Sequence record: NC_048821.1
DNA: 64,000 nucleotides
Reading direction: 5' to 3' (one strand)
The translations under genes and the position numbers were made by a program. Below the pieces are notes generated by a model that ran no database searches, was not told the origin of the DNA, and saw only the letters and a list, made by a program, of their open reading frames with translations. Of this stretch, positions 19,143-29,230 are shown piece by piece (the stretch's first letter is position 1; each line of letters begins with the position of its first letter).

Positions 19143-19463
19143 TTAACGTTTAATGTTCATGCGTTGCACTAACTTATTCACCACGGCGGTGTCAATAATT
19201 AGTACCTCCTTCATGTCGCCTACAAACTGTGACGGATCCTCTACGTCATTAAGGAACGCCACAGTCCAGTGCAGATGTTGTGGGACATTGAAACTCTCCC
19301 ATAACACGCGATAGAAATCATAACGATGAGCGTGAAGGAAGCTTAGATCTTGAATAGGGTACTTGCCTGCTATCGATAACAAGTACTCTTTATTGGAACG
19401 GATCATTGTTTTATATTCGTCAGTAAAAAACTGATCCATAGCCGGTGGTAGATCAATCGCCAT
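19143..19463 (-). CDS. Small conserved phiKZ-like protein
   Basis: 106 aa, divergent from the nvRNAP beta gene; ATAGGA RBS on the minus strand. Confidence 0.65.
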   Translation of the reverse strand: MAIDLPPAMDQFFTDEYKTMIRSNKEYLLSIAGKYPIQDLSFLHAHRYDFYRVLWESFNVPQHLHWTVAFLNDVEDPSQFVGDMKEVLIIDTAVVNKLVQRMNIKR

Positions 19464-19474
19464 TTGTCTATCCT

Positions 19475-19500
19475 AATTGAGTTCTATATTACCTGAGTGT
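19475..19500 (+). promoter_or_regulatory. Putative early promoter of the nvRNAP beta/beta-prime/helicase operon
   Basis: AATTGAGTTCTATATTACCTGAGTGT; contains TATATTAC, the phiKZ early consensus. Confidence 0.65.
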
Positions 19501-19532
19501 GAACCAACCTAAGTGACATCAAAGGTAGTCCA

Positions 19533-21635
19533 ATGAAAATCCATAAAATTGATAACCAAATTTTACCAGAAGTGGGATCCATAGCCATCAACCTAGGTGT
19601 GGGTACCCATAACGTGTCGGCTGCACGTAAGTATATGTCTGGTAACATGATTCCTAAGTCATGTCGTGCTAAGGGAATTACCAACCGTCGCATCACATCT
19701 GGTTTCGAGCGCCAGTATGGAGAGCATGCTCGAAAAATCGTTGCGCCTTGTAACATGGAAGTGGAGTTGGTTGTTTATCGTAAGTCCATTAATTCCAATG
19801 ACGCCAAGACGGATGATTGGGGAACAATCCACGTCGTTTATTTTGATGCGGACATGCAGCGTTACGACGTACTCCATTTACCTAAATATCACACCCATAA
19901 CTTCTATGTGGGTTTTGAGTACACCTACGATAAACAAATGCTAAATCGTTTACGTAAAGGTGCGACTTACGCTAAAGGTGAGGTCTTTGCCAAATCCCCG
20001 GGGATCAGTGAAACTGGTGAGTGGAAGTTTGGTTTAGAAACCATGGTCGCAGGTATGACATTACCAGCAACCGAAGAAGATGGCATCATGGTGCGTGAAG
20101 ATTACCTAGAGCGACTCATGGTGATGTTCGAACACGTTCGTAAATTCAGTTGGAATGAAGCGGAATACATTCCTGTGAACCTCTACGGGACTTTAGACAA
20201 CCCTAAAGCGTTCCCAGAAAATGGTGAACAAGTTCGTGAAGACGGTCTTGTAATGGCGTTCCGTCGTCGAGATGGTAATTCTGCACTTTCTTCTTTAACT
20301 AAGAAAGCGTTGATGAAACCAGACCTACTTTACGATGTGAAGTTCTACGCGCCACCTGGTTCTGTCGTTAAGAACATTGAGGTGCGCTCAGAGCGTCTTA
20401 AAGACCGCTCCAACAATCGTCGTGTGGAAAAGCCTAGCTATGCTCATACCAAGCTCCTAGAGCGTTATGAGACCGAAGATAACAACATGTGGTATTCCTT
20501 GAAGATCTGGTACTTCCAACAAGTCAAGAAATACAACAGCGAAGAAAAACTTCCGTTTACTCGTGAGTTGTTAGCCTTCATCTATCAAGCCTTCGGCAAC
20601 GTTACTAAAGATTACGCGGTTAATAAACCTAACTTCACTAAACGCACACACCGTAATAAGTCTTTATTGGACTGGAACGTGAAAGTGACATTAAAAGAAG
20701 ATGTCCCTGGTAAAGTCCGCTTTAAGTTGTCAGACTTGAATGGTGGTAAGTCAGTAATCGTTAAAACGTTTAAATTGGAAGATGCACCGGTGGATGAATA
20801 CGGTCGTAAAGCCGAGATCATCATTAACAACACACCTGCGTTCCGTCGTCAAATTTACGCGTCTTTAATGGAAGCCTCTATTAACTTCATTAACTTGAAC
20901 GTTTACGATAAAGTAATGGCTCTTCGCGAGCAAGGCGATTATCGTCAGGCTTACAAAGAATTACTGAACTTCTATGAAACAACGTCACCAGAATTCCACA
21001 AAATTGTAGAACGTGTAGGTAAAACTGATGACCAGTTTATCTTTGAACACGTAGACTACATTAAGAAAGAAGGAATGATTTCCATCCAACGTCGAAGTGA
21101 TTCGGAAGTTGTGGGTGTGGAGGTAATCCGTCGTCTTTCTGAGAAGTATGGTGATTGGAAACCAACTCGTGTCACTTACACTAATGAATTGGGTGAACGT
21201 GAGACAACATTGGAACCAGTGATCATCAGTAGCATGTATTATCTGTTGTTGGATAAGTTCGGTACAGAGATGTCCTCTGAGTCTTTCCCTAAACGTAACT
21301 TATATGGTTTACCTGCTAAGCTTAATGCTAACGATAAGTACAACAAATACTATCGCAGTAAGGTGGACCGTAACACGGGTGAAACTGAAGGACGTATCGC
21401 AGTATCCCATGAGGGTGGTGAAGAAACTGCTCGCATGCTGGCTTTAGCTAACTCACCAGAAGCTTCCCGTATGGCTATCAAACGTATCATTCGAAGTGAT
21501 GATCCATTTGGTGTACCTGAAGTGATAAAACGTGAAGAGTATAAAGCTAACCGTGCACTCCAACTAAGTATGAACATGTTAACTGACGCTGGTTATGAAT
21601 TAAGGGCTGAAAATGAAAACGATCTCTCTTCGTGA
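19533..21635 (+). CDS. nvRNAP beta subunit (phiKZ gp71-73-like), uninterrupted
   Basis: 700 aa; NVSAARKYM, EEDGI, KLSDLNGGKSVI (cf. GDKxxGRHGNKG), NNTPAFRRQ, RNTGETEGR (cf. RFGEME). Confidence 0.9.
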   Translation: MKIHKIDNQILPEVGSIAINLGVGTHNVSAARKYMSGNMIPKSCRAKGITNRRITSGFERQYGEHARKIVAPCNMEVELVVYRKSINSNDAKTDDWGTIHVVYFDADMQRYDVLHLPKYHTHNFYVGFEYTYDKQMLNRLRKGATYAKGEVFAKSPGISETGEWKFGLETMVAGMTLPATEEDGIMVREDYLERLMVMFEHVRKFSWNEAEYIPVNLYGTLDNPKAFPENGEQVREDGLVMAFRRRDGNSALSSLTKKALMKPDLLYDVKFYAPPGSVVKNIEVRSERLKDRSNNRRVEKPSYAHTKLLERYETEDNNMWYSLKIWYFQQVKKYNSEEKLPFTRELLAFIYQAFGNVTKDYAVNKPNFTKRTHRNKSLLDWNVKVTLKEDVPGKVRFKLSDLNGGKSVIVKTFKLEDAPVDEYGRKAEIIINNTPAFRRQIYASLMEASINFINLNVYDKVMALREQGDYRQAYKELLNFYETTSPEFHKIVERVGKTDDQFIFEHVDYIKKEGMISIQRRSDSEVVGVEVIRRLSEKYGDWKPTRVTYTNELGERETTLEPVIISSMYYLLLDKFGTEMSSESFPKRNLYGLPAKLNANDKYNKYYRSKVDRNTGETEGRIAVSHEGGEETARMLALANSPEASRMAIKRIIRSDDPFGVPEVIKREEYKANRALQLSMNMLTDAGYELRAENENDLSS

Positions 21636-23598
21636 ATTCGCTAATTTATCGGAACACCAAGTTATCGGATGGCGCAAAGATCTCAGTAAAGTCACTGTGA
21701 CTGATGATAATGGTGAGACTCTAGTTAGTAATACCTACGATCTCATCATGACTTGGTATGGTCTGGAATTACATCGTCGATACGAGCATTTGAACATCCC
21801 TTACACTACTAAGGAGATCATTCATTGTAAAGTTTATAATGATGCGACATTGCAACGCCCGTTGCAGTATATGTTAGACATTTTGATGTCCCATGTTAAC
21901 GATCCCGTGGAAGCGGACCTAATCAAACAAATCGTTTATGTGTGGCATTTTAAGATTAATAACATCCTAGTTTACCTCGGTTCCCCCGGGGTAATCTCTG
22001 CTACCGCAGAAGACGTTATGGAAGTCTTCAATCACCCTAAGATCGCTGATATTCGTAAGCGACTAAGGGCTGGTGAATTGACTTACGATGAGGCTGAAGA
22101 AGAATTCAAGCAAACGGTATTGCGTGAATCGACTTTGGACTTCTCAACGTTCATTATGCAGGCTCGAACGGGCGCAGTGTCAATTAACCAGGGTTTCCAG
22201 ACCTTCATTTCACGTGGTGCGTGTTTTGACTTGAACAACCGTATCATGCCAAACCCTATCGAACCATCGTTTGCTGAAGGCATTACCAATTTGGCAGACA
22301 TCTTAGCGGAGTCCCGTTCAGCGGGCAAGGCGTTGGTATCTAACGGTAAGGCGCTGGAAGATTCGGAATGGTTCCACCGTAAACTGCACTTAACCACATC
22401 CCCAGTAAAAGACATTGATCATTACACCGACTGTGGTACCAACACAGTAATTCCTATTGAGTTAAAGTCTAAGGAATTGATCAATTCCCTTCAAGGTAAA
22501 TACTATCATGATGAGGATGGTAGTGTTCACCTTATCACAAGGGAACGTGTCAAAAAGCTAAAGGTAGGTGAAACCATTCACGTGCGTTCAATTCAATTCT
22601 GTCGTAACGAGAAAGCACCATGTGCGGTGTGTTACGGTCAAATGCGAATGTCCGTTCCTTATAACGTGATCATGCGTAAATCAGCCAACCCAGGGATGTT
22701 AAGTGGAACGGCGGTAGCGGAACCTATCGGTCAGGGGATGTTGTCGACTAAACACTTTATGCGACATGTGCAAGCGGTGCCGTTTACGGTAATGGCGGGT
22801 GACCACGAATACATTACCACCAACGGTGATGATATTTTCTTGAAACCCGAGATGGTTAAATGTTCTACTCGTATCCAACTCCCTGTTTCTATGGTGAGTG
22901 AGTTAACTGACTTACGTTCTATGGAAAACTTGGATGAGGTGCAAGATGATCAATTAACTTGTTTCCCAACATTAACCTTGACGTATGAAATGGAAGACCC
23001 TATGTTACCGGGTACCAAGACGGAAACCACCGTCCACTTGGATACACAGGTCAGCTCTAGACAAGCTCGTATGTCCAAAGAGTTCATTGAATACACCATG
23101 ATCAAGGGTTGGGAAAAGACCAAGAAGTACATCGAAATAGATGTCACAGACTTTGATCCAGATTACCCACTACTTAGCCTGCCTTACGTTTATGAGGACT
23201 TGGATAAGTACCGTAGTGAAATCGAGTCTTTCTTGGCTCTGTCTCGTCGTAATAAAGCTTGGCGTGATACTCAGGTAACACCAGAGTTCTTTGGTCAGGT
23301 TATGGTCGACTTTTGGTTGCTCATTAACCGTAAGTTCAAAAACATCAACATGGTCCACATTGAAACCCTACTGCACAGCACCACCGCAGTGGCTCCTAAC
23401 GAGGGATTGTATAGGTTGCCGGTGGGGGATGAACCTCGTTACTTTATTCCGTTTAAGAACGCAATAGAGAATCGTGGTTTCGGTTCTTTGTTGATCTACC
23501 AAGGTCAAAACAAAGTGATTGAGTCCCCGTCTACGTTCTATGTGAAAGAACGTCAGGCAACGGCAATGGAGTGTTTCTTTACTAATTCTGTTAACTAG
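21613..23598 (+). CDS. nvRNAP beta-prime C-terminal subunit (phiKZ gp74-like)
   Basis: 661 aa; SEWFHRKL, DCGT, CRNEKAPCAVCYG Zn site, AEPIGQGMLSTKH trigger-loop-like motif. Confidence 0.9.
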   Translation: MKTISLREFANLSEHQVIGWRKDLSKVTVTDDNGETLVSNTYDLIMTWYGLELHRRYEHLNIPYTTKEIIHCKVYNDATLQRPLQYMLDILMSHVNDPVEADLIKQIVYVWHFKINNILVYLGSPGVISATAEDVMEVFNHPKIADIRKRLRAGELTYDEAEEEFKQTVLRESTLDFSTFIMQARTGAVSINQGFQTFISRGACFDLNNRIMPNPIEPSFAEGITNLADILAESRSAGKALVSNGKALEDSEWFHRKLHLTTSPVKDIDHYTDCGTNTVIPIELKSKELINSLQGKYYHDEDGSVHLITRERVKKLKVGETIHVRSIQFCRNEKAPCAVCYGQMRMSVPYNVIMRKSANPGMLSGTAVAEPIGQGMLSTKHFMRHVQAVPFTVMAGDHEYITTNGDDIFLKPEMVKCSTRIQLPVSMVSELTDLRSMENLDEVQDDQLTCFPTLTLTYEMEDPMLPGTKTETTVHLDTQVSSRQARMSKEFIEYTMIKGWEKTKKYIEIDVTDFDPDYPLLSLPYVYEDLDKYRSEIESFLALSRRNKAWRDTQVTPEFFGQVMVDFWLLINRKFKNINMVHIETLLHSTTAVAPNEGLYRLPVGDEPRYFIPFKNAIENRGFGSLLIYQGQNKVIESPSTFYVKERQATAMECFFTNSVN

Positions 23599-23606
23599 GA
23601 GGTAAC

Positions 23607-25139
23607 ATGCGCTCTACTGTGACAGTGTGGAAGGGCGGGACTTACCTAAGAATAACAGACTACAAAGCGCCGTTCGTGCAAGACGTCATCATGCCGTTTT
23701 GTCGTCGGCGTTTATATCGTTTAGGTCAAGTACCCATTCCGGGGACAAGACAAAAGCGAACTGTAGTTACTCATTCTTTTGCTCGTTTGAATAATGACCG
23801 TAGTGAGTTTCGTATCTCCGCGGGTTTGCTTGATGACTTCATCCAGTTTATGGAAGGGGTTGGATATAAGCAGTCTCGTGTTAAGATTAAAGACGAACCG
23901 GTCATAAAAGGAAAGGACGTTGGGTTTAAATGGAAAGAGGGATGGGGAGCTCCTAGAGCGCATCAGGAAGACTGGTGTGAGTATCAGCTAGCCGAAGGTC
24001 CAGTAAAGGTTAACAACGCCCAAACAGGTGATGGGAAAACGTTTATGGCGACCCACACCATGGTGAACACCGGTAAGCGGACACTCATTACGTGTCTGCC
24101 TCGCTACGTGTCCATTTGGTTTGAGTCGTTAGGTAACTCGGTGGAGTTGAACCCTGAGGATATCATGTTGGTGGGTAATGGTAAGATCGAAGAAGCTGCC
24201 GAGACTATTAAAGAAGGTCGAGCGGATCCAAAGATCGTTATTCTTCCACTAACCCGTTATGATACCTACCTCAAGCGTGAGCGTGAAGAAGATATCCCGT
24301 GTTTAGATGAAGTTTTCTCTGACATGGAGATTGGCCTTCGTATCATGGATGAAGCACACGAAGATATTTATCGTGTCTATATGTCCATGTTGTTCGGTAA
24401 CTTCGAGAAAACCATCGCGCTTTCTGCGACATTAAAGGCAGACGATCCATTCGTTAACGATATCTATCGTTACGTTTATCCGCCCGCTATGCGACTCAAA
24501 GAACCTGAGTACAAAAAGTTCATCGACGTAATTGCTTACCATCATTACATCGACATGCAGAAATACCGTATCAACACCAAAGGTTTTGGTGGGTACTCTC
24601 ATGTTAAGTATGAACAAGCCATACTCAAATCACCTAAGTTGTATTCCCAGTACTTAGACTTGTGTAAACAAGCCTTTGAAGAATTCTACGTGAATGATCA
24701 TAAAGAAGGTCAGAAGTGTTTGTGGTTCTTTAGTACTGTGGAAATGGCAACTCGGATGAAGGAAGACTTTGAGGAAGCGTACCCAGATATGGATATCTGG
24801 AAGTTCACTAACACGGAGTCTAAGAACAAAGAAACGGAAATGTCCTACATGGAACACCAAGTTGTCTTTACTACACCTCAGTCTTGTGGTACCGGTAAGG
24901 ATATACCAGACTTGGCAGTAGCGTTCAGTCCGTATGCTTGCTCGTCTAGACAACGTAATGACCAGATGTTAGGTCGTACACGTCCGTTGAAGAACTACCC
25001 GGGCGATAATCCTAAATTTGTGTACTTTGTGTGCAGCTCTATTCCTAAACAAAAAGAGTACCACCAAAAACGCAAACAGTTATTTGCTGTGAAATCCAAA
25101 TCTCACCGCAACATCAATTCCTTCCACCACATTACTTAG
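23607..25139 (+). CDS. SF2 DNA helicase (UvsW-like, phiKZ gp75-like)
   Basis: Walker A QTGDGKT, DEAH, LSAT, GTGKDIPDL, QMLGRTR; GGAGG RBS. Confidence 0.88.
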   Translation: MRSTVTVWKGGTYLRITDYKAPFVQDVIMPFCRRRLYRLGQVPIPGTRQKRTVVTHSFARLNNDRSEFRISAGLLDDFIQFMEGVGYKQSRVKIKDEPVIKGKDVGFKWKEGWGAPRAHQEDWCEYQLAEGPVKVNNAQTGDGKTFMATHTMVNTGKRTLITCLPRYVSIWFESLGNSVELNPEDIMLVGNGKIEEAAETIKEGRADPKIVILPLTRYDTYLKREREEDIPCLDEVFSDMEIGLRIMDEAHEDIYRVYMSMLFGNFEKTIALSATLKADDPFVNDIYRYVYPPAMRLKEPEYKKFIDVIAYHHYIDMQKYRINTKGFGGYSHVKYEQAILKSPKLYSQYLDLCKQAFEEFYVNDHKEGQKCLWFFSTVEMATRMKEDFEEAYPDMDIWKFTNTESKNKETEMSYMEHQVVFTTPQSCGTGKDIPDLAVAFSPYACSSRQRNDQMLGRTRPLKNYPGDNPKFVYFVCSSIPKQKEYHQKRKQLFAVKSKSHRNINSFHHIT

Positions 25140-25144
25140 ACTAC

Positions 25145-25188
25145 TAATATCGACCTGAAATTACTTCAGGTCGATATTATCTAAGTGT
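25145..25188 (+). promoter_or_regulatory. 15-bp perfect inverted repeat overlapping a putative early promoter
   Basis: TAATATCGACCTGAA-ATTAC-TTCAGGTCGATATTA; the right arm begins the motif TTCAGGTCGATATTATCTAAGTGT. Confidence 0.6.
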
Positions 25189-25204
25189 TTACAGGAGAAT
25201 AGAC

Positions 25205-25528
25205 ATGTCAGAACAGAATAGAAACATTAACTTAAACCTTTCAATCAACGTAACGTATTATTCGTTATTCAAGGAAGATAACTCATTAAAGCTTCTTGCT
25301 AACTTATTCCTTGAAGATCATCCAAACGCGGTAGAACCTAAAATCGTACATGATGTAGTTCCTGACTGGAAAGCAGAGTTATTGGAAAGTCTCCATACTT
25401 TGCTTAAGACTGAAGAAGAAGGTCGTTTGTTTGGAGAACAATTAATTCGTAACTATTCGGAAGGTTACGTGCTAAATAACGTAAAGGTCGCTAAGCAATA
25501 CGTCATGTTAACCTTTCAACCTCAATAG
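25205..25528 (+). CDS. Hypothetical protein
   Basis: 107 aa; AGGAG RBS. Confidence 0.65.
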   Translation: MSEQNRNINLNLSINVTYYSLFKEDNSLKLLANLFLEDHPNAVEPKIVHDVVPDWKAELLESLHTLLKTEEEGRLFGEQLIRNYSEGYVLNNVKVAKQYVMLTFQPQ

Positions 25529-25537
25529 GAAACCTCA

Positions 25538-25981
25538 ATGACGTCCAAGGATAATACCACCAAAAGTATTTTTGTAAACATTGATAATCAATGGGGTTAC
25601 CCCGACGATGCTTTCGATGCTGTTTTAGATCATCTTTGTTCGTTATTAATTTCCACCAAAATGAACCCGGAAGAGATCCATGAAGATCTAGGAATAGCAG
25701 TGGATTCGGTCTTGGAACTCTACGACCCAAGATATCACGAGGACATAAGTGATTATGCCGTCTTAGCAGATATAGAGAATCGATATTTTGAAACCCTAGA
25801 TAACGCTAAGAATCTACTTGACATCGTGTTGGGGGACCATCAAGAACTTCGCTCTGTTTATATGTGTAATATAAAGGATGTTGAAGTCGTAAAAATTTCA
25901 GATCAATGGGGGTTGGTAAGAATTGTGATCAACCCGCCTGGAGCTGCCCTATGGAATCAACCAACAACCCAAGGTACTTAA
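25538..25981 (+). CDS. Hypothetical acidic protein
   Basis: 147 aa; AGGA RBS. Confidence 0.6.
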   Translation: MTSKDNTTKSIFVNIDNQWGYPDDAFDAVLDHLCSLLISTKMNPEEIHEDLGIAVDSVLELYDPRYHEDISDYAVLADIENRYFETLDNAKNLLDIVLGDHQELRSVYMCNIKDVEVVKISDQWGLVRIVINPPGAALWNQPTTQGT

Positions 25982-26361
25982 CGGTACCTTTCTTTTATTT
26001 GTTACCCAATAACGAACACATCTCACATGAGTGTTATCTGCGAGCGATAGAAGTTGCTTTACATGATATCTTTGTGTTCGGTTCATACCAACCAACCATT
26101 TTATCCGGTGTTGTCAGTACCGTGATGGACGAATACGAAGGCATGCACGGACCTGTGTCCTACAGCAATGCTTTTGATGAAACCTACGGTGGGTTAAATG
26201 CTTTCTTGGAGGACTTCATCACCAGTCCCCAGAACTATGACTCTATCAACACTTTAACTACTTTACACGGTATGGGGGAAATCCACACCATCCAAACTTC
26301 GCAAAACTACGCTAACATTATATTGTTAGTAAATTCCCCACTATCGTTAATCAACTCATAA
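25951..26361 (+). CDS. Hypothetical protein
   Basis: ATG 25951 with GGAG RBS preferred over 25906 (136 aa). Confidence 0.55.
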   Translation: MESTNNPRYLTVPFFYLLPNNEHISHECYLRAIEVALHDIFVFGSYQPTILSGVVSTVMDEYEGMHGPVSYSNAFDETYGGLNAFLEDFITSPQNYDSINTLTTLHGMGEIHTIQTSQNYANIILLVNSPLSLINS

Positions 26362-26380
26362 TTAAAAAAGGAACCATCCC

Positions 26381-26821
26381 ATGCAATACAACCTAATGGG
26401 CGAACCATCAGCACTAGCTAAAGTTAACGAAATTCTAACTTACGACACTCAAACTGCTTTCTTCCTTATGGTGTTAGAAGAGCTGGCTAACAAACATCGT
26501 ACTGATCTAGCTGGTCCACCGCCTATTGAAGAAGGTGAAGATTACGACCCAGAGCAAGACAATGAAACTCGAATTGAAGAGTTCGCTGAACGTGTGCTGG
26601 GCGAGTGTCCGGAAGATCGTACTGAAGAAGAACATCAGTCAATGTTAAAGTCACTGACAGCAGACATTCTAGACTTGTTCGAATTAGTTACGGATGCTTT
26701 CCTAAGCAACCCGGATAACTCAGATCAGATCAACGTTCTAGCTAACCAAGACTTTGCAGTGCCTCGTGACTTCACTTGGACTACTGGTCAGAATGGTGGC
26801 TTCGTGTTTATCTTTAAATAA
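26381..26821 (+). CDS. Highly acidic hypothetical protein
   Basis: 146 aa; AAAGGA RBS; D/E-rich. Confidence 0.7.
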   Translation: MQYNLMGEPSALAKVNEILTYDTQTAFFLMVLEELANKHRTDLAGPPPIEEGEDYDPEQDNETRIEEFAERVLGECPEDRTEEEHQSMLKSLTADILDLFELVTDAFLSNPDNSDQINVLANQDFAVPRDFTWTTGQNGGFVFIFK

Positions 26822-26831
26822 CGAACGCATA

Positions 26832-26867
26832 TATAACTCCGTACTCCCTAGGGAGTACGGAGTTATA
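26832..26867. repeat. 36-bp perfect palindrome, probable terminator of the plus-strand operon
   Basis: TATAACTCCGTACTCCCTAGGGAGTACGGAGTTATA followed by a T-rich tract. Confidence 0.8.
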
Positions 26868-26892
26868 ACTGTTCTTGTTTTTTTTTCTATCT

Positions 26893-26919
26893 AAAAAAGA
26901 GGGGGCGCTGCCTGCCCCC
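26893..26919 (-). terminator. Intrinsic terminator for the vRNAP beta-prime gene
   Basis: Minus strand GGGGGC-AGGCAGC-GCCCCC then TCTTTTTT. Confidence 0.55.
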
Positions 26920-26998
26920 AAACATCCCTACCAAACATTAGGTTAAGGAACCATCAGAAAGAAAAAGACACCAAAGTGCCATATAATCGTTATCTGGT

Positions 26999-28300
26999 TT
27001 ATTCAAAGAGTTCTTGGAGAGTATATGTCTTGACAGACATCGAACTCGTATGCATGCCTTTCATTCTTTGTAGCATGAAACCTGTAGCAATGTCCGAACA
27101 TTCCATTGATAGTGCGTCAGCTGCGTCTGAGAGTGCGTCACCCACACATACCTTACAGTAGTTACCTTCTGGTGTTACACAGGTGTTAGGGGTTCGGAAC
27201 TTAATGTCACGACCAATTAAGTTTTTCTCCGTACCAGTCCAACGTTTCAACGAACCACCTTCTCCTAATATGTAGTAAGAACCTGTCCACATTTTAACCT
27301 GATCTTCGGTAATGTGAACTGACTCATAAACCTTAGACTTACAATCATCTTCAGGAATAGTAATACGGGATGTCAAACGTTGGATGTCCTTAACCGCTGC
27401 ACCACCTTCACCAGTTGCTTTACCGCGGTCATAAGAACCCGCAATCGCTGTGTTGATGTATTGGTGTAGGTGATCCATATCCCAACCATCATCGAGCGAT
27501 TTATGCAAGAATGTCCATTCACCAGTGTTCCAGTCTTGTTCAGCACCGAAAGCAATGAACATACGTTTACGGGCGTTATCAATAAACTTCTTATTGATAA
27601 AGAAGTCTTTAGAATCACCCTTGAGCTGGATCTCCATGTCCTTAGCAACCAGCTGGTCGATAATCCACGCTGCTTTAATCGGGTCATGAATAGCGTCAGG
27701 GTTCTCTTTAAGGAGTTTGGCTTTCAGTTCCAACAGTTCTTTATCAACAGTCAATGCTTGGATAGATGCCGCTTTACAGAAGACGTTGTTTAAACCCATC
27801 AGGTAATTGAACTGCTTAGTCACCTTATGACAATCATCAACACTACACTTACCCGGAGGAACTGTTTCACCTTCTTCAGGGTTATCTACCATCACCTCAC
27901 TAATGATGCGCTTAACGTCACCCGCATTCATTACTTTATTGTGGTAAGGTACAGTATCCTTTAATGCCTCATAAAACACCACACGGTTTACCAACAACAA
28001 CCCCATGGTGGTTTCTAGCTCTCCTTCGACTCTAGGATCAAAGTTAGAGTCTATGGTGATGCGTTCGTCCTTATAACAAAAAGGTGCGCTTAAATCGCCT
28101 TCTACGCGCTCTGTCGTGCCATCGTCTTTATAGAAGTAAAACCCTTCCCCGTCTCGGTAAAGTGCGTACTTGATCTTACTCAGAATACGGGCAGTTTCCT
28201 CGTCATCTGATAACTTCGTAAAGACGCTAAGCAACCATGCTTTTTTCTGATAACAGCGAGATTGAAAACAGAGTTTAAGGTACTCATGCTTCGTAATCAT
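26999..28300 (-). CDS. Virion RNAP beta-prime middle subunit (phiKZ gp80-like)
   Basis: 433 aa; NARKRMFIAFG, GSYDRGKATGEGG, PEDDC, CVTPEGNYCKVCVG Zn site. Confidence 0.85.
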   Translation of the reverse strand: MITKHEYLKLCFQSRCYQKKAWLLSVFTKLSDDEETARILSKIKYALYRDGEGFYFYKDDGTTERVEGDLSAPFCYKDERITIDSNFDPRVEGELETTMGLLLVNRVVFYEALKDTVPYHNKVMNAGDVKRIISEVMVDNPEEGETVPPGKCSVDDCHKVTKQFNYLMGLNNVFCKAASIQALTVDKELLELKAKLLKENPDAIHDPIKAAWIIDQLVAKDMEIQLKGDSKDFFINKKFIDNARKRMFIAFGAEQDWNTGEWTFLHKSLDDGWDMDHLHQYINTAIAGSYDRGKATGEGGAAVKDIQRLTSRITIPEDDCKSKVYESVHITEDQVKMWTGSYYILGEGGSLKRWTGTEKNLIGRDIKFRTPNTCVTPEGNYCKVCVGDALSDAADALSMECSDIATGFMLQRMKGMHTSSMSVKTYTLQELFE

Positions 28301-29201
28301 CTTTCACTCCTTCGGGTAACATGATTTCTTCCGCTAAACGTTCCGCTCGGTAAAGTAATGTGACTTCCTCTACGTTTTCTTCGATCACTTGTTTGATCTG
28401 GTCCCAGAACTTATCATTAGGAGTTTCACTGATCAAAGAGAAACCAAACAGTTCTTTAATGTAATGTTCTGGAGAAGTCTTCATAGCCGCGTCTAATTCC
28501 AAAGCATAGAAGCCCAGGAGTGTTAAGAACCCCATTCCTAGTTGACCGTTGTTACGAACGTGTTTAGCTGCGACAGTCCCTTCTAGGAACGCTACGTTGG
28601 TCTTAATGCGTAGCTTAACGAATTCAGGAACATCCGGAACACCATCTGACACAATTAAACTAATGCGTAAGGTTTCCATCAAATACTCACTGCATTCTAA
28701 AATTAAGTATTCCAGGTCCTCAATAATAGGGGTAGTCGGTTCGTAATCGTAAAGCTTGCGGAAGACTTCAATGAAACGATCTTTAGGAGAAAGATCTCGT
28801 TGTTCCAAAATCTCACTTAAGCTTTGCAAATCTTCGTAACCGTTAAGTAAGTAAATCACATCTGTAATTTGATACAGCGTGTCCAACTTATTAGCTTCAA
28901 CGTATTCTAAATCGATCGTGATGCCAAACTTAACCAGTTGTTCAATTATATTGTTTAACAGGAGCTCAAGTATGACTGCTTTTTGTTCAACGACTGCTGA
29001 GTCGTCATCACTCAAAATGTTGGCAATGGTTGAGACTAATACGTTCTCTTCATCAGCCAAAACCAGCAGAGTGTAGACTCGTTGAATAAGCTCCGCGTTT
29101 TCTGGGGTAATCGCTTTAGTGAAATTGATCCATGGTTCACCCAGATCTTTAGTTAGTAAATCCACGTTGGTTAAGTCCACCGCAGGGATAGTATCGTTCA
29201 T
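28284..29201 (-). CDS. Conserved acidic hypothetical protein, probably virion-associated
   Basis: 305 aa; GAGG RBS; overlaps the vRNAP gene start. Confidence 0.65.
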   Translation of the reverse strand: MNDTIPAVDLTNVDLLTKDLGEPWINFTKAITPENAELIQRVYTLLVLADEENVLVSTIANILSDDDSAVVEQKAVILELLLNNIIEQLVKFGITIDLEYVEANKLDTLYQITDVIYLLNGYEDLQSLSEILEQRDLSPKDRFIEVFRKLYDYEPTTPIIEDLEYLILECSEYLMETLRISLIVSDGVPDVPEFVKLRIKTNVAFLEGTVAAKHVRNNGQLGMGFLTLLGFYALELDAAMKTSPEHYIKELFGFSLISETPNDKFWDQIKQVIEENVEEVTLLYRAERLAEEIMLPEGVKDDYEA

Positions 29202-29230
29202 AATAACCTCTTAATCAGAAGGAACATAAA

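Noticed and set aside
19533-23598. Introns or inteins in nvRNAP beta, beta-prime-C or the helicase, as found in some relatives
   Set aside because: The ORFs are continuous, of expected length, and show no intein C...HN/C ends or LAGLIDADG/HNH motifs.
25906-25981. Frameshift or fusion between the 147-aa and 151-aa ORFs
   Set aside because: The second gene has its own GGAG RBS and ATG at 25951, and there is no slippery heptamer.
26868-26998. Small RNA or tRNA in the 130-nt gap between convergent operons
   Set aside because: No cloverleaf or TTCGA T-loop; the region is explained by two terminators and a 3-prime UTR.
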